DNA of 64,000 nucleotides. Source: Candidatus Bathyarchaeota archaeon (GTDB taxonomy: Archaea; Thermoproteota; Bathyarchaeia; Bathyarchaeales; Bathycorpusculaceae). Of the stretch, positions 18,544 through 28,129 are shown piece by piece. The position numbers and the translations under genes were made by a program. Numbering within the stretch: the first letter of the stretch is position 1; every line of letters starts with the position of its first letter. Below the pieces are notes generated by a model that had not been told where the DNA came from, did not search any database, and saw only the letters and a program-made list of their open reading frames with translations. Where the stretch lies: NCBI GenBank assembly GCA_963782525.1, contig CAWAKC010000001.1, positions 448,001-512,000 on the forward strand, read 5' to 3'.

Positions 18544-18972
18544 GTGGATGAAATGGAGTGGAATTGTAAATTGGAATTATCACTAGAAGATGCAAAGAAG
18601 ATAATAAAGGATGCAGAAGCAAAGGCAAAAGAGATTGGAGTGAAGATGAACATTGCAGTTGCAGATGTTGGAGGAAACCTTGTAGCTTTTGAAAGAATGG
18701 ACAATGCATGGATGGGTAGCATAAACATCGCCCAAAGCAAAGCTTTCACAGCAGTTGCCTTCAACATGACAACTGAAGATTTAGGCAAAGAATCTCAAGC
18801 TGGCAAATCATTGTTCGGTATACACACGACAAATAACGGAAAAATAGTGATTTTTGGCGGCGGCATCCCTCTGACAAGAAACGGCGTTTTAGTCGGTGCG
18901 ATTGGCGTGAGTGGAGGAGCTGTACCTCAAGATATAGAAGTTGCAAAAGCAGGCGCAAAAAACTTCAAGTAA
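18544..18972 (+). CDS. GlcG/HbpS (DUF336) heme-binding family protein
   Basis: IAVADVGG...RMDNA...IAQSKAFTA...GGGIPL...GAIGVSGG...QD. Confidence 0.85.
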   Translation: MDEMEWNCKLELSLEDAKKIIKDAEAKAKEIGVKMNIAVADVGGNLVAFERMDNAWMGSINIAQSKAFTAVAFNMTTEDLGKESQAGKSLFGIHTTNNGKIVIFGGGIPLTRNGVLVGAIGVSGGAVPQDIEVAKAGAKNFK

Positions 18973-19009
18973 GGGGAAACCTCAAAAAATTTTCTTTTTT
19001 TAATTAAGG

Positions 19010-19791
19010 ATGATTTACGTTTTGACAGAACCTAGCCTAACTAGAAAATGTGTTGCAGAGTTTATTGGAACATTCATTTTAGTTTATGTTGGTGCAGGAG
19101 CAGCGGCAATAACAATTTTGCTCGCAAACGGAGAATCATCCAAATCCAGCTTCATGTCAAGCGGCATAGGCGCTCTTGGAGGCTTAGCCGATTGGCTCTC
19201 AATAGGCTTAGCTTTTGCTTTTGCAATCGCCGGAGCATTCTACATTTTTGGGCACATATCAGGATGCCACATTAACCCAGCCGTAACCATCGCGTTGTGG
19301 TCGGTGAAAAGGCTGCCTGGAAGAGATGTTGGTCCCTACATTATTTCTCAGATAGCAGGCGCTACAGTAGCAAGCATATCCTTTGTTGGCATTGTTGGTA
19401 CCCGTGCAGCAATGATTGGGGGAAGTGGTGCAACTGCTCTATTACCGGGCATAAGCTATTTGCAGGGACTTTTTAATGAAATAGTAATTTCGTTTATCCT
19501 TATGCTTGTCATAATGGCTTTAGCGGTTTATGAACGGGGATCAAAACCGGCTTAATCATTGGTCTAGTAGTAGCTGCGGGAATAACGACCACTGGCAACA
19601 TTTCAGGTGCCTCGTTTAACCCCGCAAGAACTTTTGGGCCTTATGTTGCAAATTCCTTGTTTGGTGGACCGAATTTTTGGATCCAGTTTCCCATTTATGT
19701 TATTGGACCGATAATTGGAGCGTTACTTGCAGCGTTTGCATATACTTTCTTGACTCAATCAAAAACAGACAAACATACACAACTTTTTTGA
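19010..19791 (+). pseudogene. aqpM: Frameshifted MIP-family aquaporin (AqpM-like)
   Basis: First NPA (SGCHINPA) is in the annotated ORF. After a shift near 19550, GLIIGLVV...SFNPARTFGPY continues in another frame to TGA 19791. Confidence 0.85.
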
Positions 19792-20287
19792 TGTACATTT
19801 AACCATGATTCAAATCCCATTTCATTAATAGTTCGTGATTTTCACCTGAGTTAAAATAGCGTACTTGAGTGTGCGTTTTTTGGATGAGAATTCCACTTAT
19901 TTACAACTCAACAGGATTCTATCAGGAACTAACATTTCTATCGTTTCAGCGTAGGTTTTTTTAGTTTGGTTTTTTCTTTGATACTGAAGTGTTTTCAAAT
20001 CCTGAGGTTGGTAATTTGGTAAAGTGCACATAACCACAACTTTGAAGCTTTATCTAATTAGGTTTTATGAATTATTAGTTCACTCCAAAAGAAAAATGGG
20101 TAACGAATGAAATCTCTTGCAAGGCGCAGAATCAATCCCCGCCGCCTCAACATTGCCAAAAAAACCTTTTTGCAAAACCTGTATATGCTAATTCCTTTTG
20201 TTTAGGCCAAAAATTCTAATAAGTAGTCTCTCTAAGAAACAAAATTCTAATATTAACCAATGTAGTCCTTTTATCAAACACGCGTGT

Positions 20288-20365
20288 GGGCCGGTCGTCT
20301 AGCCTGGTTAGGACGTTGGCTTTACGAGCCAAAGGTCGCCGGTCCGAGTCCGGCTCGGCCCACCA
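20288..20365 (+). tRNA. tRNA-Val(TAC), intronless, encoded CCA
   Basis: Acceptor stem GGGCCGG/TCGGCCC, anticodon arm TTGGC-TTTACGA-GCCAA, T arm GCCGG-TCCGAGT-CCGGC (atypical T-loop). Confidence 0.85.
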
Positions 20366-20408
20366 CAAATTAATAATTGACATTAACAATTAGGCTTAAA
20401 AAATTTAG

Positions 20409-20714
20409 TTATTCAACAGTGTAAAGTGGTTGTGCGGAAGGTTTCTGAGTTTTGAAGGGCATTTATTTGGTTACGCGAAGGATACTTGCTGTTGGACCGC
20501 TAGTAACATAGATGATTTCGACCTTGGGAAATTGTGTTTCTATTAATTCTTTAATTTGATGAAGGTCCTTGTCGTTTGCCTTAAGTATGATTGCTCTCGG
20601 CTTGATCTTTTTTGAACAAGCCATTTCCGAACACAGGGGAACCTCTTGAGTTTTTGACATGACTTCAAATTTGGTTACCTCACCGAAAGACGGTTCAACC
20701 TTGATTTTGTCCAT
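20409..20714 (-). pseudogene. KIKPRA family copy 3 with a premature TAA (20463-20465)
   Basis: Reads LRVTK*MPFKTQKPSAQPLYTVE, versus LRVTKSMPFETQNYPSQPLYTIE in copy 1. Could still be a functional truncated protein. Confidence 0.7.
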
Positions 20715-20792
20715 GGAGTTCAGCCTTTTTTCAGTGTTAATTTACAAACATTATGAAAAAAAATAAAAAGGGAATGGATTTTTTACTGATTC

Positions 20793-23714
20793 TTATCGTT
20801 GCTTTCTAAGCATTAGAATTGCTAGTACAGCGCCGACGATGATGATGACGACGATTATGGTTATTCCGACGGTCATGAGGTCTGAAGAGGTCAGTGATGC
20901 TGGTGCCGTTGTTGGTGCAACTGTGGCATGCGATTCCATGATGTTGAAGGTGGTTTCAGTGTGTGATGGCCAGTAACCGTTTGTTCCTGCAAATGTTGCC
21001 AAGACTGTGAAGTCGCCTGGAACGGTTGGTGTGTATGTGAGACTATAGGTGCCTGTTTCATCGGTTGTTGCGCTGCCAATGGAGTATTGATTTCCGTTTG
21101 AATCGACAACGCTCAGGTCGACTTTAACGCCGGTGAAATTAGTCGGTTTTGCTGCTTGCTGGTAGACATAGCTCATCCAATCACTCATACTTGAATCAGA
21201 TGCGCATGGGACGCCAGCTGGGAAGTTTGCTGCTTGCTGTGTTTGCTTTGTTCCAGCTGAAGTGTCAGTAACAGTGCCGCGTATTACCACTGGGGCTCCG
21301 AATGCTGAAACTGCAGGTTCTGCTGAAACTGTAGTAGCGCTGCTTCCTCGACCAACACTGTAGATTTGGTTGTCGTAGCCGTTTGTGAACACGCTAAAAC
21401 CGTCTGCGATAGCATAGCTCATTTGGCTGAATTCGCCGGTGTAATCTGAGAGTGTCCAGATTTCTTGTCCTGTAGTGGCATTTACTGCGCGGGCTAAAGC
21501 TCCTTTATAGATTGGGTCTGTAATTGTGTGTTCTGTAGTGACTAAGTAGATGACGCCGTTGCCAACTGCGTTGAGGAAGGTCGGGTAATCGCCGTAGGGT
21601 GTGCTTAAGGTTTTAGTTGTGTTTCCTGCTCCTCCGTTTCCGTATGTCCAATCAAGGTGTCCGGTTGTATCATCGTAGCAGTAGAGTATGCCCGAGAATG
21701 AGCAGTCGTAGAGTTTGCCGTATGCAATTTGGCTTGGTTGCCAGATGAAGTATGGTGCACCGTAGTAGTCAAAAGCTGTTTGAGCTGGAGTTGGACCCCA
21801 TATTTGGGCTCCGGTTGTTAAACTGTAGCCGTAGTATTGTTGTGTTTCTTGATATGACATCATGAAGACGTTGGTTGTTGGGTCTGCACCTGCAAATTTG
21901 AGGGTAAGGTTTCCCGTTGGTGGATCATAGGTCTTGGACCAAAGTACTTGGCCTATTGCACCGTTTGAGGCGTTGAGGTTTACTGCGAAGAGTGTGTAGG
22001 GGAGCTGTGGGTAGCCTGCACCGCTTGCGGCATAACCAGTTGGTAAGGATCCATTTCCGCAGAGCATCATGTTACCTGTGAATGCAGCGTAGACTGTAAC
22101 GGGGTTTGTTCCAGCAGCCGGTGTTGAGTATACTCCTGTAGCAGCGTTGTAGGTTTGTTGCAGTGGCATCGTGTTAAGCCAAGGCACAGAAATGTTCCAA
22201 TCATAGGTGGCTAATGAAGCATTTCCTGCGCCCGTTTGGTAAACACCACCGGTTGAAGCTGGCAGAGGTATGTTCCCGTTGACGATTAGGCTTGAGCCGT
22301 ATGGTGCAAGGAAGCTTGTACCGTTGGGTAGTGTTCCGCTTGTGCCTGTAAGGGCGATTGGAACAGCGGTGATTAGTAAGCCGTTGCTTGCGTTAACGAT
22401 TGATGGTGAGGTGCTGCCGCTGAAAGTGTATGGGTTAATGTCGTATTGCCAAAGTTTAGATGAATTCCACTGTGCTAAGTACCATTGAGGATTTGTTGGT
22501 GTGCCTGCGTTAGCAAAGACGTATCTTAATTGCTCACCATTTGGACCCATAGTTGTCGCTGAACCGCCGGGAACGCCAGTTACATTGAACAAAGCAGTAC
22601 TTGTGAATGCATCGAAAACTTGTGCCCAGTTAGCTGTTACTAGCATTGGTGGGAAAACGCCGTGTTGGTCAGGGTCCCACAGGTTGTAAATGTAGCCGAA
22701 AGATAGCGCTGGGATGCTGTTTGAAGACCAAGCGAGCTGTCCTGTTCGTAGGTCAACGCATTTGAGTGGTCCGTTATTTGGAGCTGTGAAGCCTACTGGT
22801 TCAGTGTAGTAGAGGTAGCCGTTGATTACTATCGGGTTAGTGAATCTTTGATTGTATGCAGAGCCTTCAAAGTATCCGACGCCTTGACCAGAGTAATCGT
22901 TTCCTCCGACTACTCCGCCGAACTGAATGGGTTTTGTCCACATTACGTGAGGGGTTTGGGAACCGACTGCGTCTCCTGGGTATCGTTGAATGTATGCTTG
23001 CGCTGTGAAACCGGTGAGTGTGTTAAAGCCAGTTGTCGATATAACGCCTGAACCTGTTCCTAGCCAGTTTGAAGAAATAGACCACCAGTCACTATTTTGA
23101 CCGTAGATTGGTCGTGTCCAGTATTCAGTTGGCATGGGAACACCAGATAGGGGTTGAGGAATAGGTTCTTGTTGAACTGTAAGTGTTGTTGATGCTGTGC
23201 TTGGCAGATAAGTGTCATTGATAAGTTGTGATCCAGAGTAACCGTTGCCGTTTGCTCCATAGACTTGTCCTAGGTAAGTGAAGTTGAGAGTATAAGTACC
23301 AACCATGGTGGGAGTAAAAGTATATCCTTGAGCGCTGTCTGAGCTTGTGATGACGGGGAAGAGTTGTGTTGTTGCTGTGCCGTTGGGTGGTGTTATAGTA
23401 AGCTGATAGTTTATGAATCTCCAGCTGTTTGAGAGTAATGCTCCACTGGATGTAGAACCGTTGGTTCCTAGAGTTGCTCCAGAGCCGCCTGCTGAACCGT
23501 AAAGTGCGTCAAGCCACATGTATACGTTGATTGATTGACCGACACCCACAGGGTTCGGCTCTGCAACAATGTAGGCATATGTTGGAATTTGCCAAGATGG
23601 TGTGTGGGCGTTAGCTGAGGGCAAAAGTACAAGCGAAGCGGAAATACTCAGCATTAGAATGATTGCGATTGTAGAAGCCATAATTTTTGTTTTTTTATTT
23701 GTAAAAGATAGCAT
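20793..23714 (-). CDS. PQQ-like beta-propeller surface protein, paralog 5 (973 aa)
   Basis: Same architecture. DPDQHG, TEHT, TM + LRKQR. Confidence 0.85.
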   Translation of the reverse strand: MLSFTNKKTKIMASTIAIILMLSISASLVLLPSANAHTPSWQIPTYAYIVAEPNPVGVGQSINVYMWLDALYGSAGGSGATLGTNGSTSSGALLSNSWRFINYQLTITPPNGTATTQLFPVITSSDSAQGYTFTPTMVGTYTLNFTYLGQVYGANGNGYSGSQLINDTYLPSTASTTLTVQQEPIPQPLSGVPMPTEYWTRPIYGQNSDWWSISSNWLGTGSGVISTTGFNTLTGFTAQAYIQRYPGDAVGSQTPHVMWTKPIQFGGVVGGNDYSGQGVGYFEGSAYNQRFTNPIVINGYLYYTEPVGFTAPNNGPLKCVDLRTGQLAWSSNSIPALSFGYIYNLWDPDQHGVFPPMLVTANWAQVFDAFTSTALFNVTGVPGGSATTMGPNGEQLRYVFANAGTPTNPQWYLAQWNSSKLWQYDINPYTFSGSTSPSIVNASNGLLITAVPIALTGTSGTLPNGTSFLAPYGSSLIVNGNIPLPASTGGVYQTGAGNASLATYDWNISVPWLNTMPLQQTYNAATGVYSTPAAGTNPVTVYAAFTGNMMLCGNGSLPTGYAASGAGYPQLPYTLFAVNLNASNGAIGQVLWSKTYDPPTGNLTLKFAGADPTTNVFMMSYQETQQYYGYSLTTGAQIWGPTPAQTAFDYYGAPYFIWQPSQIAYGKLYDCSFSGILYCYDDTTGHLDWTYGNGGAGNTTKTLSTPYGDYPTFLNAVGNGVIYLVTTEHTITDPIYKGALARAVNATTGQEIWTLSDYTGEFSQMSYAIADGFSVFTNGYDNQIYSVGRGSSATTVSAEPAVSAFGAPVVIRGTVTDTSAGTKQTQQAANFPAGVPCASDSSMSDWMSYVYQQAAKPTNFTGVKVDLSVVDSNGNQYSIGSATTDETGTYSLTYTPTVPGDFTVLATFAGTNGYWPSHTETTFNIMESHATVAPTTAPASLTSSDLMTVGITIIVVIIIVGAVLAILMLRKQR

Positions 23715-23821
23715 TTGTTTTTTTCTCCTTTTAACCTATTCTCTCACATAAGTCTTGCTCATATATAATATTTTTTAATTTTGGCTTCAAAGCTCAAATA
23801 TTTTTTAAATAGTGCATTAAC

Positions 23822-23836
23822 GTGGAAATATTCCAC
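23822..23836. promoter_or_regulatory. Palindrome GTGGAA-ATA-TTCCAC between divergent genes
   Basis: Perfect 6-bp inverted repeat between paralog 5 and the Lrp/AsnC gene. Confidence 0.45.
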
Positions 23837-23975
23837 TACAAACGTTATCAAAACGTATTCAATAACTCAATCACAGCCACAAATAAAACAGATAATGCTG
23901 TTAAATTTATGACGATAGTTTACTTGGCAATTACAAGATAATGATATTAACAACAAACAAGTAAAAAGACCGAAG

Positions 23976-24950
23976 ATGACAACTAAAATAGATTCACTAA
24001 ATCTCAAAATTCTTAAAGATTTACTCAGTGAAGGAAGAAAACCATTTGCTGAAATTGCTGAGGAAAACAATGTCTCTAAAGAAGTTGTTTCAAAAAGGTT
24101 CAAGCAACTAAAAGCGAAGGGAATAATTTTAGGATTCACCACACAAAATAGTGTCAGATGCTATGGCGCCAGCTTTGTTTCAAACATTTTTATTCACGTT
24201 GAACATGGCGGAGTGGAAAATGTCATCAAAGAGTTGAAGAAAATACATAACGTGACCCAGGCTTATCCCTTGGCAGTGGAACAAAAAGTAATAACCGACG
24301 TTACTTTTAAAAACATAGAGGAAGTAGAATCTACTAAAAAAATAATACAGAGAATATCAGGCGTTCTGAGAACTGACATTACAATTTGGACTGGATTCAG
24401 AAACACTCCAGAAAACTTATCTTTTTTCAACCATGAAGATGTAGTCGGCACAGAAACAGTTGAAAAAAGTGACTTCATTAAAAGAAAAACAGGCATAGAA
24501 ATCGATGCGATTGACAAAGTCATCGTAGACAAGCTGTCGTTAAATGGCCGTATGCCCTTTGCAGATATTGCTAACCCGCTTGGAGTATCAATTGAAACCA
24601 TAGCACGAAGGTATGAAAAACTCAAGCAAAACGGCGACCTAAAAGTGGTTGTCCAAATAGACCCCACCAAACTAGGATATTATGCCTTTGGTAGATTCAC
24701 CTTTTCTTTTCGCCAGGAAGCTTTAGAGGGCAACCTGAAAATAATCTCCAAGCTTCTTGATGTGAATAGAATTACCAAATCTGCTGGCTTTCATGATTTA
24801 AGATTCACGTTAATGATAAGAGATATCAATCATTTCATAAAAGTGCAAGATGAGATGCTTCTTTTGCCCAATGTAACTAAAATAGAGACTAGTATAACAA
24901 AAATGCTTTGTCCTTGGCCTATGCAAAGAGAATTTATTTCAACATTTTAG
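23976..24950 (+). CDS. Tandem-duplicated Lrp/AsnC-family regulator
   Basis: Two HTH + RAM units (IDSLNLKIL..EGRKPFAEIA; IDAIDKVIV..NGRMPFADIA). Confidence 0.85.
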   Translation: MTTKIDSLNLKILKDLLSEGRKPFAEIAEENNVSKEVVSKRFKQLKAKGIILGFTTQNSVRCYGASFVSNIFIHVEHGGVENVIKELKKIHNVTQAYPLAVEQKVITDVTFKNIEEVESTKKIIQRISGVLRTDITIWTGFRNTPENLSFFNHEDVVGTETVEKSDFIKRKTGIEIDAIDKVIVDKLSLNGRMPFADIANPLGVSIETIARRYEKLKQNGDLKVVVQIDPTKLGYYAFGRFTFSFRQEALEGNLKIISKLLDVNRITKSAGFHDLRFTLMIRDINHFIKVQDEMLLLPNVTKIETSITKMLCPWPMQREFISTF

Positions 24951-25053
24951 TACTTCAATATGCTCCAATTTTCAACTAGCTATCATTCATTGAATAACGA
25001 CCACTTTTTTCTTCTACAAACAGTCCATGAATTCATCTAAAATCAGCCTATCC

Positions 25054-25092
25054 GCCAAAAATCGCCCATCCGAGCCCGCCTCACCCACCACA
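25054..25092 (+). repeat. Degenerate 3' half of tRNA-Val (att-like remnant)
   Basis: gccaaaaatcgcccatccgagcccgcctcacccaccaca versus tRNA gccaaaggtcgccggtccgagtccggctcggcccaccaca. Confidence 0.65.
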
Positions 25093-25149
25093 TTTTAACT
25101 AAAGGAGCTTGATTTTGAACTTATTTGGGGGTAATGATGTATTTGCTCA

Positions 25150-25287
25150 CAAGGACGAAGGGTTTGCTGGGCTCTGTTAAGGGAAAAAGAGGAAGAATAG
25201 GAACAAACCCCTGCTCCACGCAGCAGCTTCGATCTACGTTGAGGTTTAACAGAGCACTCTCAGCCCCTCATAGACTTCTTCGTTTGT
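25150..25287. ncRNA. Candidate structured RNA / nested inverted-repeat element
   Basis: Nested stems: ACGAAG/CTTCGT, GCTCTGTTAA (25171-80)/TTAACAGAGC (25246-55), CTGCT/AGCAG. Confidence 0.35.
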
Positions 25288-25343
25288 TGTTAATTTGAAA
25301 AAAATAAGAAAAAAGGAAGATTGATGTTGGTTTTTTGGTTTTC

Positions 25344-27842
25344 TTATGGTCGCTTTCTAAGCATCAATGCAATCAGTACAATCCCGATTATGATCACTAT
25401 CAGGATTAATGCAATTGATACCGGCAGGAAGTATGTGTCAGCCATCGATGCGGGTGGTTGTTGTGTGGGTGTCGGCGTTGATATTGGGTTGGCAATCGTG
25501 AAGCTTGTTCCACCGCTTGAGGAATAGTATGATTCAGTTCCGCCAAAGGTAGCTGTGACTCTGTATAGACCGGATATTGCTGGTGCGGGCCATGAGAATG
25601 CATAATTGCCTAGGCTGTCACTTGTCGTTGTTCCTATTGGGATTATGTTTCCGTTAGGGTCAATTGCGGTTAAGGTTACGGTAACGCCTGTTGCATTGGT
25701 TGGCTTTGGTTGTTGCATATAGAGGTATTGCATCCATGCTGTCATGCTATCATCGGATACTGCGGGAGTACCTGCTGCGGGAGTATTGAAGGCGGTTTGT
25801 CCGGGTGACTGATCAGTTACTGTACCTTGAATGAGAACATCAGAACCGATGGTTGAAGGCAGTGTTGGCGCAGTCACGGTTGTTGCTGTTTGTCCTTTAC
25901 TGAAACAGTAGAGTTTTCCGTCGTAATTGTTGTAGGTTACTAAACTATTGTAGGCGACGATTGGAGCGGGCATGAATCCTTCTATGCTCCATATCTGGGT
26001 TCCATTCATTGCGTCAAAGCAGTAGAGTCGTTCGTTTGGATACAAGGCTGAGTTTGGACTGTGCTCGTTAGTAGCGGCATATACTTTTCCGTCGGCGACG
26101 ATTGGTGCTCCGTAGAATGGCGATTGACCATATGGTTCCGTAAAGCCAGTGCTTCCAGTAGACCCAAACCACATCAAGTTTCCGTTTGTCATGTTATACG
26201 CATGGACACCATCGTATCCTGAACTGTATAGTACACCGTTAGCAACTGTTGGGTTTCCGGCGCCTGCACCCATGTAACTTTGACTGTAAAAGCCCCATGA
26301 ATTGTTGTAGGCTGCGGTTGGTCCCCAGATTTTCTGTCCTGTCAGAGCATTGTAGCCGTACCATTGTGTTGTGGCTTGGTTAAAGTATGCAAAGACGCCG
26401 TTTTGGATTGGGCTGAAATTGTATTGTGGACGACTGGTGAAGAATGGACTAATCGTGTAATTCCACATTTGATGCCCATCTTTTGCGCTGTAACCCATAA
26501 CTACGACGTATGGTGTAGATGCAGTGGCGTTAGCTACTGCGGTTAATAAAACGTCAGGGCTGATGGTTATCAAGGATTGCCCAGCTACTGTAGGTATTGT
26601 TGTGTTCCATTGAATGCCCTTTCGCCACTCGTATGTTCCAGCTAGGGGTCGCCATTCACCGTTTTTGTTTCCCGGTTCACTGTAGATTTGCATGCCGTTA
26701 GCGACAAAGGCCTGTGTTGAATTCCACATAGCGATATAACTGGCAGTTACCAGATAGACCAGCATTTCACCATGTCCACCCATTATTATTCTACCTGATG
26801 ATGCGTTAGCGAAACTTGTTATTAGGTTGCCTGAGAATGGGTCATAACATCGGTAAGTTGATCCTGTTTGCCATAAGTACGGAATGACTCCTGCTTGGTT
26901 AGGTGATTCGTAGTCGTAGAGTTGACCCAAAGTTAGAGTGATGTTTTGCCACCATACCTGTTTGCCAGTAGCTAAATTAACGCATACAGCGCCTGCACCG
27001 TTCACATTGTTTGAGAGCGGCAAGTTGTAGAATAAGAGTCCGTCCATGATGATTCCAACGCCATTCCATTTTGGTTCGTATGAAAGGCCTGTGTAGTAGT
27101 CCGTGTCGTTAAATACTCCGCCCACCATACCTGCAATTGCCAGAGGTTGAGTCCAAGCAATATGAGCACTATTGGGTGCTATTGTGTACGGGTTGAAGGC
27201 TCCAAGATCAGCTGCATAACCGGTTCCAAACTGCAGTGGTATGCTAAGCCAGTTTCCTGAAATGGTGTTCCAAAAACTGTTTGCGCCTTGTATAGGTGCT
27301 GACCAATAGTCACCAGGCATGGGCAACGCTGTCTCTGGGTAGAAGGGTATAGGTTCTTGCTGTACTGTGACAGATACGCTTTGAGATAAGCTTGGTTGAT
27401 AATAGACTGAAAATGAGGTTGCGCTAGGCCCGGTTACTGTTGAGCTCACGTTTATGTATTGACCCGGGAAGCTGAATTGGAAGGAATAAACTCCTGCTGT
27501 CGTTGGGGTAAACGCTGAGTAGGCTGTTCCAATATCATCTGAACTTAATGGACCTATTGTTTGGTTGCTTCCATCAGGCAGGGTTACTGTCACTTGATAG
27601 CCTTGAAAATCTACGCTTGTTCCTGTTTTGTCAAATGGAGGTATTTCGGCAAGCCACATTACAACAAATAGTTGTTGGCCAACTCCAATTGGACTTGGGG
27701 TTGCACTGACAAATGCATGGGTAGCTGCGGGAACTGAACTTTGTTGAGCTTGAACACTTGTCGTTAGAGGCAAGGCAATTGCCAATATCAGAAGGAAAGT
27801 GATCATAGTAGCCATAGTTTTGGTTTTTCGCATTTCAATCAT
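25344..27842 (-). CDS. PQQ-like beta-propeller surface protein, paralog 6 (832 aa)
   Basis: Same architecture. YESPNQAG, NEHS, TM + LRKRP. Confidence 0.85.
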   Translation of the reverse strand: MIEMRKTKTMATMITFLLILAIALPLTTSVQAQQSSVPAATHAFVSATPSPIGVGQQLFVVMWLAEIPPFDKTGTSVDFQGYQVTVTLPDGSNQTIGPLSSDDIGTAYSAFTPTTAGVYSFQFSFPGQYINVSSTVTGPSATSFSVYYQPSLSQSVSVTVQQEPIPFYPETALPMPGDYWSAPIQGANSFWNTISGNWLSIPLQFGTGYAADLGAFNPYTIAPNSAHIAWTQPLAIAGMVGGVFNDTDYYTGLSYEPKWNGVGIIMDGLLFYNLPLSNNVNGAGAVCVNLATGKQVWWQNITLTLGQLYDYESPNQAGVIPYLWQTGSTYRCYDPFSGNLITSFANASSGRIIMGGHGEMLVYLVTASYIAMWNSTQAFVANGMQIYSEPGNKNGEWRPLAGTYEWRKGIQWNTTIPTVAGQSLITISPDVLLTAVANATASTPYVVVMGYSAKDGHQMWNYTISPFFTSRPQYNFSPIQNGVFAYFNQATTQWYGYNALTGQKIWGPTAAYNNSWGFYSQSYMGAGAGNPTVANGVLYSSGYDGVHAYNMTNGNLMWFGSTGSTGFTEPYGQSPFYGAPIVADGKVYAATNEHSPNSALYPNERLYCFDAMNGTQIWSIEGFMPAPIVAYNSLVTYNNYDGKLYCFSKGQTATTVTAPTLPSTIGSDVLIQGTVTDQSPGQTAFNTPAAGTPAVSDDSMTAWMQYLYMQQPKPTNATGVTVTLTAIDPNGNIIPIGTTTSDSLGNYAFSWPAPAISGLYRVTATFGGTESYYSSSGGTSFTIANPISTPTPTQQPPASMADTYFLPVSIALILIVIIIGIVLIALMLRKRP

Positions 27843-27910
27843 TTTTTTTTCTCCATTAGATATTTTTCTTTTTCTCCAATTTCATGGATAAAGTAAACAG
27901 CCCCAAACCG

Positions 27911-27939
27911 CTATTAAGACTTTCTCACCTATTGCGAGT
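27911..27939 (-). promoter_or_regulatory. TATA-like box plus palindrome CTCACCTATTGCGAG (27924-27938)
   Basis: Conserved motif (one arm mismatch) with the 6-bp spacer. Confidence 0.7.
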
Positions 27940-28129
27940 GCAAGAAAGCGGTTTCTCTTTTGTATCGTAAGCAAGATTTCTATAGAGCATCTGTCAAAAA
28001 GAGTTGGAGGTGTTGTAAGATTAGCTCGTAAGCATCGATGACGGGTTGGTTTGAAAAAGCAAGTTTACATTTTTTTATAAAAAAGAGTAAATATGCCGTT
28101 CTATAGCTTAAGAAACGTTTGATATACCT

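Noticed and set aside
20113-20152. Stretch faintly resembling a tRNA 3' end (aatcaatccccgccgcctcaaca)
   Set aside because: No consistent stems. Too degenerate to call.
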